Origin: a virus | Length of the DNA stretch: 64,000 nucleotides | Strand: one strand, 5' to 3' | IMG/VR virus record: IMGVR_UViG_3300043179_000079 | Location: 1,138 to 65,137 of that record | In this document: piece by piece, positions 8,732-16,139 of the stretch | How positions within the stretch are numbered: position 1 is the stretch's first letter | Layout: every line of letters begins with the position of its first letter | Notes under the pieces: generated by a model | The model's database searches: none | What the model saw: the letters and a program-made list of their open reading frames with translations, nothing else | What the model was told of the DNA's origin: nothing | Made by a program: the position numbers and the translations under genes

Positions 8732-9391
8732 ATGACCAAGAAGCAGAAACTCCCCAAGGAAAACGTCGAGCTGCTGCGTAACAGCTACGCCTCGGACCCG
8801 ACGGTTCGGGCCCTCCTGGGCCACTACGCCGGGCTGGCCCTGTGCCGCGAGCGCATCCGCGCCCGGACGGCGGCCACGTTCACCGGCCGCACGACGGAGG
8901 AGGTGATCCAGGCCTTCGTGGCCCTGGGCCGCATGCGCCTCGGGACGTACAGCGGAAGCGCCCGGGCCTTCTACTTCTCCTTCCGCCCCGACCACCTGCT
9001 CAACGTGGCCAGGGGGCGCGCCAGGAGCGCCAGGCTGACCAAGTTCGGCAAGCAGCGAGACCTCGGCGACCTGACGCCCTTCTCCTTCGACGAAGAGCGG
9101 GCTCCGGCCGCGGCGGCGACGCCGGAGCGGCCGGCCCAGCGGGCCCCGACGACCACGCCCTCCGCCGACGACGACCTCAGGGCGGTGGTCATCCAGACGC
9201 ACCGGGCGCACCAGCGCTCGATCGAGAGCAACACGGCCCTCGCCCAGAGGCTGGCCGACGTCCTGCTCCGGCTGGAGGGGCGGGTCGGCGAGATCGAGGG
9301 GCGCCTCGCCCAGAGCATCGGCACCCGCTTCGAGGTCGAGGAGGGGGTACGCCAGGGTAACGGGGTGCATCAAGAGGTCCCGACGCGCTAG
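8732..9391 (+). CDS. hypothetical protein with C-terminal coiled coil
   Basis: 219-aa ORF; AAAGGT SD; codon bias. Confidence 0.8.
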   Translation: MTKKQKLPKENVELLRNSYASDPTVRALLGHYAGLALCRERIRARTAATFTGRTTEEVIQAFVALGRMRLGTYSGSARAFYFSFRPDHLLNVARGRARSARLTKFGKQRDLGDLTPFSFDEERAPAAAATPERPAQRAPTTTPSADDDLRAVVIQTHRAHQRSIESNTALAQRLADVLLRLEGRVGEIEGRLAQSIGTRFEVEEGVRQGNGVHQEVPTR

Positions 9392-9402
9392 GGGCGCGCC
9401 CC

Positions 9403-9454
9403 CGGGCCAGGCGCCAGGCGCCGCAGGCGGGTTCGACTCCCGCCGGCCCGGCCG
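9403..9454 (+). ncRNA. tRNA-like mini-element lacking an anticodon arm
   Basis: Acceptor-like stem CGGGCC/GGCCCG, short GGCG-CCAGG-CGCC hairpin, canonical T-arm GCGGG-TTCGACT-CCCGC; ends GCCG, not NCCA. Confidence 0.45.
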
Positions 9455-9477
9455 AAAGAAAGGAAGGGGGGTGAGTC

Positions 9478-9753
9478 ATGCCGTACGTCAAGCCCGAGGT
9501 CCGCGCCAGGCTGGACGGCGCCGTCGAGGCGCTGGCCCTGGCGCTGTCCAACGAGGGCCTGGACCCCGGGGCCGTCAACTACGCCCTCTCCAGGACGATT
9601 CTCAGGTCGGCGGCCATGGCCGGGGTGCAGTGGAGGTACAGCAGCATCACCATGGTGGTGGGCGTGCTCCAGACCATGGTCCTGGAGTTCTACCGCCGGG
9701 TGGCCGCCCCCTACGAGGACGCCAAGCGGGACGAGAACGGGGACGTGTTCTGA
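9478..9753 (+). CDS. conserved phage hypothetical protein (DUF6899-like)
   Basis: MPY.K...R..LD...G..NY...EFYRRVAAPYED.K..ENGDV pattern. Confidence 0.8.
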   Translation: MPYVKPEVRARLDGAVEALALALSNEGLDPGAVNYALSRTILRSAAMAGVQWRYSSITMVVGVLQTMVLEFYRRVAAPYEDAKRDENGDVF

Positions 9754-10128
9754 TGCCGGGCGTCGTGGTGTGGATGGACGCCCGGGACCTGGACCCGCCC
9801 CACGGGCTCGACATGGGGTCGCGACACGACCGGGAGAAGGTCGAGGCGCTGTGCACGAACTTCAGGTTCGACGGCGGCTTCGACCGCGAATACCCGGCCC
9901 TGGTGGGCTACGTGAGGGACGGGCGCGTCCAGCTCCTGTCGGGCACCCACCGGCACCGGGCCGCCCTCATGGCCGGGGTCCAGCTCCCCGTCACCCTGTG
10001 GCGCGGGAGCGACGTGGAGAGGGCCTTGGGGCGACCTGGAGCGCTGGCGCAGGGTGGTGGAAGACGTCCCCTGCCGGGAGCTGGAGGGGTGGACCAGGGA
10101 GGACCTGGAGGCGAGGGCCGAGGGGTGA
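9753..10128 (+). pseudogene. ParB-like protein with +1 frameshift at 10026-10027
   Basis: LLSGTHRHRAA ParB-like motif; removing one T from GCCTTGG restores WGDLERWRRVVEDV...EG* ending at a GTGA overlap. Confidence 0.6.
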
Positions 10129-10268
10129 GGCTCCTGCTCAAGGTCGCCGTGGTGGGCCTGGCCGTCGTGGCCACCCCCGTGGCGGTGGCGTGCCACGTGC
10201 TCGGCTACGAGGCGGCCAGGGACCGGGTGGTCGAGCTTGTCGAGGGCGCGTCGGAGCTGGTAAGGTAG
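10125..10268 (+). CDS. small membrane protein
   Basis: MRLLLKVAVVGLAVVATPVAV...; GTGA overlap. Confidence 0.6.
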   Translation: MRLLLKVAVVGLAVVATPVAVACHVLGYEAARDRVVELVEGASELVR

Positions 10269-10274
10269 GGGACC

Positions 10275-10679
10275 ATGGGTCTCGACGTATCGCACGACTG
10301 CTGGCACGGGCCGTACTCCCAGTTCATGAGGTGGCGTCAGTGGCTGAACCACTTCGTGATGATCACCCGCGAGAACGCGGATCCGAGGGCGCGTGAGTTC
10401 AGGTTCATGGGGGCCACCAGAGAGGCCTGGGAGGCGGCGTTGAACGGCGGCCAGTACGACGACCAGACCGTCCCGATCAACGTCCTGATGGCGCACTCCG
10501 ACTGCGACGGGTCTATCCCGGCCGCCGTGTGCGGCCCGCTGGCGGACGCGCTGGAAGAGCTGGTAAGGCGGTGCATGCCTCCGCGCGGGACCTACGACGA
10601 GATGAGGCCGCCGACGGAGAGGTTCGCTGCCGGCCTGCGCCGGGCGGCCGCCGCTGGCGAGGACGTTCTTTTTCGTTGA
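10275..10679 (+). CDS. conserved phage hypothetical protein
   Basis: MGLD.SH..W.G.YS.F..WR...HSDCDG pattern. Confidence 0.8.
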   Translation: MGLDVSHDCWHGPYSQFMRWRQWLNHFVMITRENADPRAREFRFMGATREAWEAALNGGQYDDQTVPINVLMAHSDCDGSIPAAVCGPLADALEELVRRCMPPRGTYDEMRPPTERFAAGLRRAAAAGEDVLFR

Positions 10680-10704
10680 CATCATAACCGCCCTGCCTCA
10701 TAAT
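10676..10704 (+). promoter_or_regulatory. sigma70-type promoter, leaderless
   Basis: TTTTTCG-TTGACA-N17-CATAAT, 6 nt before ATG 10711. Confidence 0.8.
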
Positions 10705-10710
10705 GGGGGC

Positions 10711-11451
10711 ATGGCAAAAGATACCATCCAGGAACGAACCGAGACAGCCGAGTACGGGGAGGCCGGGCGGCGGTACCGCCTGACGGCCCGCTACGGGCTC
10801 CGCAAGTTCGAGGGCCAGCCGCCCTATCTCTTCGTGGTGGCGGACCTAGACGAGGCGGACGCCCGCGGAAACTGGCACGAGGCGGGCGGAGGGGCCATGC
10901 ACGGGAAGATCGTGCGAGTCTTCCCCCACCTGGCGCCCCTGGTGCGGTGGCACCTGACTGCCTGGCCGGGCGAGCCCATGCACTACCTGGCCAACGGGCT
11001 CTACTGGTGGGAGATACTCACCGGGGAGAGCCGGTGGGCCGGGCGGCGCCAGCCGGGCGACCCCGACCCCATGGCCGCGTTCAAGAGCACGATCGTGTAC
11101 GGGGCGGTGGCAGGCGACGAGGCCTTCGACCTGACCCCGGCCCGAGGCAGGAGCAAGGAGGTGTCGACGTGGCTGACCGGGCGGCAGGAGGCCCTCCAGG
11201 CGGCCGTCGGGTGGCTGACCCCCAGCCTGAAGCTCCAGCTGACCCCGCTCTACTGGCAGTTCACGTTCGCCGTGCTCGAACGAGGGTTCGGCCTGGCCGT
11301 GGGTCCGTTCGCCGTGACTCTGGAGTTCCGCGGCTTCGTCCTGGAGGGCCGTCTCGGGGCGTTCGATCGTCGAGGGGGCAATTGCCTGCACCTATCTCGG
11401 GACGGCAAGACGTGCCGGATCTGCGGGGCCCGCCCGCCGAGCGGGCCGTGA
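10711..11451 (+). CDS. hypothetical protein (possibly chimeric C-terminus)
   Basis: 246-aa ORF; GGAMH..I...FP.LAPL.RWHL...P.HY.ANG.YW. Confidence 0.75.
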   Translation: MAKDTIQERTETAEYGEAGRRYRLTARYGLRKFEGQPPYLFVVADLDEADARGNWHEAGGGAMHGKIVRVFPHLAPLVRWHLTAWPGEPMHYLANGLYWWEILTGESRWAGRRQPGDPDPMAAFKSTIVYGAVAGDEAFDLTPARGRSKEVSTWLTGRQEALQAAVGWLTPSLKLQLTPLYWQFTFAVLERGFGLAVGPFAVTLEFRGFVLEGRLGAFDRRGGNCLHLSRDGKTCRICGARPPSGP

Positions 11452-11648
11452 CCCACCGCGAGGAACTCCGGAAGCTGGTCATCAGGGCCTGGGAGCGCGA
11501 CCTGCGCACGGGCTCGGGCGACACCCACGACCTCGCCATGACCGTGGCGCGGGCCGCCTACCGGCTCGGGTTCGGACGGGGGCGGGCGGCTGAGGGTCCT
11601 TGGTTCTTTTTCGTTGACACCAAAACCGCCATGCCCCAAGATACAAAC
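11448..11648 (+). other. coding segment that runs in frame through a promoter into 11649..11849
   Basis: GTGA-coupled start MTHREELRK; no stop before ATG 11649. Confidence 0.4.
11614..11642 (+). promoter_or_regulatory. sigma70-type promoter, leaderless
   Basis: TTTTTCG-TTGACA-N17-CAAGAT, 6 nt before ATG 11649. Confidence 0.7.
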
Positions 11649-11849
11649 ATGAGCAACACAAAGCAAGCGACAACCCACAAGAACTCGCAAAAGGCTCAAG
11701 AGGCAGAACAAATGGCCGCTCATTGGCTGCACCTCGGCAACCTAGCTTCAGAACGCGGCGAGGATGAAAAGGCGGAACGCCACTATGCCCGAGCACAGAA
11801 GCACCAAGACGCCATGAACCGCTACCTCGGCAACGGAGACGGGAGCTAA
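11649..11849 (+). CDS. small helical hypothetical protein, lower GC
   Basis: MSNTKQ...HWLHLGNLASERGEDEKAERHYARAQK. Confidence 0.7.
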   Translation: MSNTKQATTHKNSQKAQEAEQMAAHWLHLGNLASERGEDEKAERHYARAQKHQDAMNRYLGNGDGS

Positions 11850-11893
11850 GGCATCATGAACCTCCGCCGCAACCTCGCGGGGCCCTGGCGGCC

Positions 11894-12203
11894 GTGAGGT
11901 CCGTCAGCGTCGCCAGCTACCCGCCCGAGCCGGTCTTCGGCCACATGCGCGCCGGCCTGGCCCGCGTCGCGCTTGGACGGCGAGTCCGTGAGCCTGGCCG
12001 GCTACCGCCTGCGCACCTTCCTGCTCCGCGGCGCGGCGTGCGCCGGCTGCGGGCTGGCCGGGGACCGCTTCCGCAAGGAGCGGGGCCACCCGGGCGAGGA
12101 GAACCCCCACCTCAACCTGTACGCCCGGGCCTTGGCCACTAGCCCCTTACTCCGCCGGAACCGCGCGCATAGCCCATGTCATGGAGTAGACTGCCTCCCT
12201 TGA
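11894..12203 (+). pseudogene. truncated, frameshifted HNH-family gene remnant
   Basis: RL.TF...G..C..CG..G..F..ER....PHLNLYA resembles the N-half of a phage HNH family; frameshift near 11971; no DH..P HNH core follows. Confidence 0.5.
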
Positions 12204-13024
12204 TCTATCTCCATGACCGAGCCAACTACGCCGTCCACCGCCCCGGACCTAAGCGCCTCCCGCCAGTCCATCCACCACTGGTGGCCCCCGGTCGTCCTCC
12301 TCAGATACTCGTCCATGGTCACCTTCAGCCTGCCGGCGCACTGCTCGGCAAACGCACGAACGACGACCTCAAGGGCGCTTCTTTGGTTGTCCAGGGTCTC
12401 CAGCCGGACCTCGGCCTCCGGCTGGTAGGGGCTGTGCGCCATCAGGTACGAGCGCCTCGTAGCCCACCTCTCCGGGCAGCTCTGAAGGATGGCGAAGGCG
12501 GAGCTGAGCCCCAGGCCGTCCACCACGCACGTCACCCGCAGGCCGCGCTCGGCCGCCGCCTCCAGGGCCTTGACCATCTGGTGGGCCAGGACGACGCTGC
12601 CGCCCGGGGAGTCGATCTCCATGACGGCGGTCTTGTGCCCCGCGTCGAGGTGCTCCTTGAGCCACCCCCTGAGGGCCGCGAAGTCGGTCACGTCGATGGG
12701 CCCGACCAGCCTCCACCGGCCCGGGCCGGCGGGGGCCTGGGCCCCCTCCCCGGGCTCCTCGTCCTGGCCGGCGGCCGGGGCGGCGTCGGGGCGGGCGGGC
12801 CTGGGCGCGCAGCTAGACGGGCCGCAGGCCCGGGGGGCCGCCAGCTCCTCCGGGATGGGCATCCGCCACCCCGCCCTGAACCTGCCCGCCACGTGGCCGG
12901 CGTACAGCCCGGCCAGCAGGAGGGCGGCCAGCAGCGCCAGCCTCCTAATCAGGGACCCGCGCCTCGGCTTCATGCTCTCCTCCATGCTCTCCTCCTCCGG
13001 CTCGGTGCGTCTTCGTTTCCCCAT
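12179..13024 (-). CDS. membrane-anchored ClpP-like (S14/S49 fold) protease
   Basis: N-terminal TM; IDSPGGSV, DGL..SSAF (Ser), LMAH (His), WM...EAL..G.VD.V. Confidence 0.8.
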   Translation of the reverse strand: MGKRRRTEPEEESMEESMKPRRGSLIRRLALLAALLLAGLYAGHVAGRFRAGWRMPIPEELAAPRACGPSSCAPRPARPDAAPAAGQDEEPGEGAQAPAGPGRWRLVGPIDVTDFAALRGWLKEHLDAGHKTAVMEIDSPGGSVVLAHQMVKALEAAAERGLRVTCVVDGLGLSSAFAILQSCPERWATRRSYLMAHSPYQPEAEVRLETLDNQRSALEVVVRAFAEQCAGRLKVTMDEYLRRTTGGHQWWMDWREALRSGAVDGVVGSVMEIDQGRQSTP

Positions 13025-13049
13025 CCTACCACCGGCCGGCCACCGGCCG

Positions 13050-13346
13050 CTACTCCCCGGGCCTGACCGGCTCCTCGCCCTCGTAGAGCGGGGGCTCCGG
13101 CGCTGGGGGCGCCCTCCTGGCGGCCATGGCTCCGGCGAACTTGCCGGCGACGTTCCCGCCGCAGAAGACGCCGTACACCCCGAGCAGCAGGAAGCACAGC
13201 TCGGCGAAGGCGGCCTCCGGCACCCAGAAGGCGGCGGTCACGGCCAGCAGCATCACGAAGACCCCGAGCCACAGCTTCCTGGACCGGGCGCCCCCGTCGT
13301 CCAGGATGCGGTGGCTAACGTGGCCGGCGGCGCCTGAGCGACTCAA
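13050..13346 (-). CDS. two-TM holin-like membrane protein (start uncertain)
   Basis: Two hydrophobic helices; charged C-terminal tail. Confidence 0.65.
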   Translation of the reverse strand: MSRSGAAGHVSHRILDDGGARSRKLWLGVFVMLLAVTAAFWVPEAAFAELCFLLLGVYGVFCGGNVAGKFAGAMAARRAPPAPEPPLYEGEEPVRPGE

Positions 13347-13422
13347 GGGCGTCCTCCAGCATGAACCTGGCGATGAGGTAAGTCACCTGGACCGTCTGCC
13401 ACGCCCGCCTGATCAGCTTCAT
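13315..13422 (-). CDS. 35-aa hypothetical protein
   Basis: MKLIRRAWQTVQVTYLIARFMLEDALESLRRRRPR*; fills gap in operon. Confidence 0.45.
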   Translation of the reverse strand: MKLIRRAWQTVQVTYLIARFMLEDALESLRRRRPR

Positions 13423-13424
13423 CC

Positions 13425-13790
13425 CTACCCCCCCACGACCCTGAGCCAGAGCGCCTTCACGGCCTCGGAGACCGCCACCGCCGCGGCGCCTATGCCGAGG
13501 CCGATGGCCGCCTTCCTGCGGCCCCTGCGGCGCTGGGCGGCGGCCTGCTGGGCCTCCTCCACCCTCCCCACCCGCAGGTATAGCCCCTCCTCGGGGTCGG
13601 TGAGGCGGGCCAGCTCCCTGGCCACCGGGGAGATAAGCTCCTCCACCCGGGCCTGCAGCCGGTCGAAGCCCTCGTCCACCCGCCTGCCCAGGCTCTCCGC
13701 CTGGGCCTCCTGGCGCGCCACGGCGGCCGCCAGCTCGGGCAGGTCGGCCTCCAGCCTCTGGAGGCGGCTCTCGTGGGCGTCGTCCGCCAC
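13425..13790 (-). CDS. coiled-coil protein with C-terminal TM (XhlA/holin-like architecture)
   Basis: GTG start overlapping upstream TAG; heptads, then RRRGRRK plus TM. Confidence 0.7.
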   Translation of the reverse strand: MADDAHESRLQRLEADLPELAAAVARQEAQAESLGRRVDEGFDRLQARVEELISPVARELARLTDPEEGLYLRVGRVEEAQQAAAQRRRGRRKAAIGLGIGAAAVAVSEAVKALWLRVVGG

Positions 13791-13936
13791 TAGCCTGGCT
13801 CCCGGGCGGTCGGCCGCAGCAAACCTCTCAGCGCGTCTGTAGGGACCGTCTTGATCCCCCCGGGGCCGGCCGTAACGTTGGCCCCCTCTCCTCGTGCCCC
13901 CTCCGGGGTCGGTTGCTCCGTGGCCTCGCGCCTCAT
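13790..13936 (-). CDS. 48-aa hypothetical protein
   Basis: ATG follows CAATCTT box; TAGTG coupling to next gene. Confidence 0.35.
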   Translation of the reverse strand: MRREATEQPTPEGARGEGANVTAGPGGIKTVPTDALRGLLRPTAREPG

Positions 13937-13953
13937 GTTGAGGTACCGAGGGG

Positions 13954-13960
13954 AAGATTG
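13954..13960 (-). promoter_or_regulatory. candidate late-promoter box CAATCTT
   Basis: Upstream of membrane/ClpP cassette; overlaps the -35 of the divergent Hsp20 promoter. Confidence 0.6.
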
Positions 13961-13986
13961 ACACCGAGGGGGCTGGTGTTTACGAT
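13958..13986 (+). promoter_or_regulatory. sigma70-type promoter, leaderless
   Basis: TTGACA-N17-TACGAT, 6 nt before ATG 13993. Confidence 0.8.
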
Positions 13987-13992
13987 ACCGGC

Positions 13993-14316
13993 ATGGACAG
14001 AACCAAGAGCCCCTTCATGTACGGGAGCATATTCGACGGCCTGCTGCGGGACGACCACTGCCGGTACGAGGACCGGGACGGCGATGCGGTCATCGAGGTC
14101 GAGCTGCCGGGGGTGCCCCGGGCTTCGTGCGCCCTGGCCGTCTCGGACGGGATCCTGACCCTGGCCTACGCGGGCAGGGGCGGGGACCGCCAGATGCGGT
14201 GGGACGTGCGCGGATTCGACCACGAGGGGGCGACCGCCTCCCTGCGAGACGGCCTGCTGACCGTCCGGGTGCCGCGCCTGGGCGGGTCCAAGACGCGCCG
14301 CATCGAGATCGGATGA
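13993..14316 (+). CDS. small heat-shock protein (Hsp20/alpha-crystallin domain)
   Basis: IEVELPGV...DGILTL...ATASLRDGLLTVRVP...RRIEIG. Confidence 0.85.
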   Translation: MDRTKSPFMYGSIFDGLLRDDHCRYEDRDGDAVIEVELPGVPRASCALAVSDGILTLAYAGRGGDRQMRWDVRGFDHEGATASLRDGLLTVRVPRLGGSKTRRIEIG

Positions 14317-14507
14317 CGTACCCGATGCTGAGGAGGGGGGACCGGATCCGCCTCCCGCGGGAGAGCTTCGAGGACCCGGACTCGCTGCCCGAGGGCTGGG
14401 CGGAGGGCTTCCGGCCCATAGCGGAGGTGGCCGTCGTCTCCCGCGGGCTGCTGGCCGTCCGGTTCGAGGACGGCACCCGGGCCAGGGTGCCGGTGCACGC
14501 GGCCTAG
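14313..14507 (+). CDS. small hypothetical protein
   Basis: ATGA overlap; [14 protein letters not shown]... Confidence 0.65.
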   Translation: MTYPMLRRGDRIRLPRESFEDPDSLPEGWAEGFRPIAEVAVVSRGLLAVRFEDGTRARVPVHAA

Positions 14508-14854
14508 GCCGCCAGGACGACCGCCACCCCGGCCGCCCTGGCCCGGCGCACCATGTCGGCCGTGCCGCGCCCGCCGGGGAAGGCCACCACCAGGTCGGGC
14601 CGGCCCTCGTCCAGCATGCGCTGGTTCCGGATCGGTCCGGCGGCCCGCCCGTCCCTGCCCCAGTCGGCCGGGAAGGCCGCCTCGGCGACGCCCCGCGACC
14701 TGGCCCAGGAGCCGGCCATCTGGTCCGCCCCCACGGCGGCCCCGTGCACGATCACGTACGGCACCGTGGACCGGGAGTGGCACACGGCGTCCAGGACGCG
14801 CTCCATGGCCGGCTCGTCCGCGTACCGCCTCCCGCCGCACACCAGCACCCTCAT
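14504..14854 (-). CDS. DUF2493/YspA-like SLOG family protein
   Basis: [42 protein letters not shown]. Confidence 0.9.
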   Translation of the reverse strand: MRVLVCGGRRYADEPAMERVLDAVCHSRSTVPYVIVHGAAVGADQMAGSWARSRGVAEAAFPADWGRDGRAAGPIRNQRMLDEGRPDLVVAFPGGRGTADMVRRARAAGVAVVLAA

Positions 14855-14873
14855 CCTCCCATGCTAGCACGAC

Positions 14874-14902
14874 TTGACACGCAGGCGCGGCCGGGGCAGA
14901 GT
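14874..14902 (+). promoter_or_regulatory. sigma70-type promoter, leaderless
   Basis: TTGACA-N17-CAGAGT, 7 nt before ATG 14910. Confidence 0.6.
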
Positions 14903-14909
14903 AGCCCCC

Positions 14910-15275
14910 ATGGCGAACATCAAGAGGGTCCGCGAGCTGGTCCATCGGGCCATCGAGCGCGAGGGAGCCTACCCCATCTACGGGAACAACACGTTCGACG
15001 GACGGGGCGGCGCCTGCCTGCTCTGCCTGTGCCTCGTGGGGGACGGCAAGCGCCGCGCAGACGGGGAAAGAGGGGCGAGCGACCCCCTGCAGGGCTACTG
15101 CGTGGAGGCGGCGGCCTCCATCGGGATCACGTACCGCGAGGCCCAGGAGCTGGAGAGCAGGTACGCGGCATGGAGCAAATCGGGGGACGCTCTTCCCGCC
15201 CTCCAGGACATGTACGACCTGGGCCGACGGCTCCGCGGCGACTACCTGCTCACGCAAGAGGAGGACCGACCATGA
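14910..15275 (+). CDS. hypothetical protein (paralog of 190..678)
   Basis: Shared motifs with 190..678. Confidence 0.75.
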   Translation: MANIKRVRELVHRAIEREGAYPIYGNNTFDGRGGACLLCLCLVGDGKRRADGERGASDPLQGYCVEAAASIGITYREAQELESRYAAWSKSGDALPALQDMYDLGRRLRGDYLLTQEEDRP

Positions 15276-15538
15276 GCATCGTCAGGACCGCGGAGGAGGA
15301 GAGGGCCCGGAAGGTGCCGTCCCTGTCGCCGGCCGAGCTGGAGGACGCCAAGCGCCTGGTGGAGCAGCTCCGGGCGCAGGTGGCCAAGAGTCGGGCCAAG
15401 CTGGAGAGGGGGCTGCACCGGCAGGGGCCGCGCCACTACGGCAGGCTGCTGGCCCGGCAGCAGGGGCGGCTGGACGCCATCGGGACGGCCCAGCAGCGCC
15501 TCATGGGGCTGGAGCACGTCATCGCCAGGAACAGCTAG
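15272..15538 (+). CDS. coiled-coil hypothetical protein
   Basis: GAGGAGG SD; ATGA overlap. Confidence 0.7.
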   Translation: MSIVRTAEEERARKVPSLSPAELEDAKRLVEQLRAQVAKSRAKLERGLHRQGPRHYGRLLARQQGRLDAIGTAQQRLMGLEHVIARNS

Positions 15539-15554
15539 GCCGTCGGGCCCGGGA

Positions 15555-15594
15555 TAAAAAAGAGCCGCCCGGGACTCCTGGTCGGGGGCGGCTC
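15555..15594 (-). terminator. rho-independent terminator after tail tube
   Basis: GAGCCGCCC...GGGCGGCTC stem followed by TTTTTTAT on minus strand. Confidence 0.8.
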
Positions 15595-15630
15595 CGTGCG
15601 CCTTAGGGGCGCCAAGTTCTGCTTGGAAGG

Positions 15631-16119
15631 TTACGGGAGGTCGGTGCTGGTCGGGTGCTCCGCGTTCGTCGTGTTTTCGTCGTCGATCAGGATTCCGACG
15701 GCCGTGATCGTGTACTCGGTGAGCTGCCTGGCGCTGAGCGTCGTGCTGTAGCCGGTCGGGCGGATCTTGCGGATCTTCGCGATGCGCCCGTCGCCCCCGC
15801 CGGCCTCAAGCTGGCGGTCGATGACGGCCATCTCCAGGTACTCGTGGGTGAGCAGGTCCACCAGGTTCGGCACCTTGCCGTCCTGGTGCGGCCCGTGCCC
15901 CACCGAGCGCCAGGCGCCCAGGGTGAGCTGGACGGGCTCCATGTGGGTGTAGTCGATCTCCGAGGGCGAGTACCGCCCCAGGATGTAGACCGCCTGCGTG
16001 CCGTACTGCAGGGAGTACGACACGTTGTTGAAGATGCCGATGACGTTCGCCTTGCCCGTGGCGGGATCGACGATGGCGACCTTCGCGCGGGCGCCTGAGA
16101 CTACCTTGGGGGCTGCCAT
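15631..16119 (-). CDS. tail tube protein
   Basis: V.SGARA...IG....VSY....GT..VY.LG...P.EI.Y; directly downstream of sheath. Confidence 0.8.
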   Translation of the reverse strand: MAAPKVVSGARAKVAIVDPATGKANVIGIFNNVSYSLQYGTQAVYILGRYSPSEIDYTHMEPVQLTLGAWRSVGHGPHQDGKVPNLVDLLTHEYLEMAVIDRQLEAGGGDGRIAKIRKIRPTGYSTTLSARQLTEYTITAVGILIDDENTTNAEHPTSTDLP

Positions 16120-16139
16120 GTTGCGTTACCTCTCCGCTC

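Noticed and set aside
9403-9454. Functional tRNA gene
   Set aside because: Too short, no anticodon arm and no CCA; kept only as tRNA-like
15540-15640. Tail-assembly-chaperone programmed frameshift and tape measure after the tube gene
   Set aside because: The tube is followed by a terminator and accessory genes; these genes are not in the window
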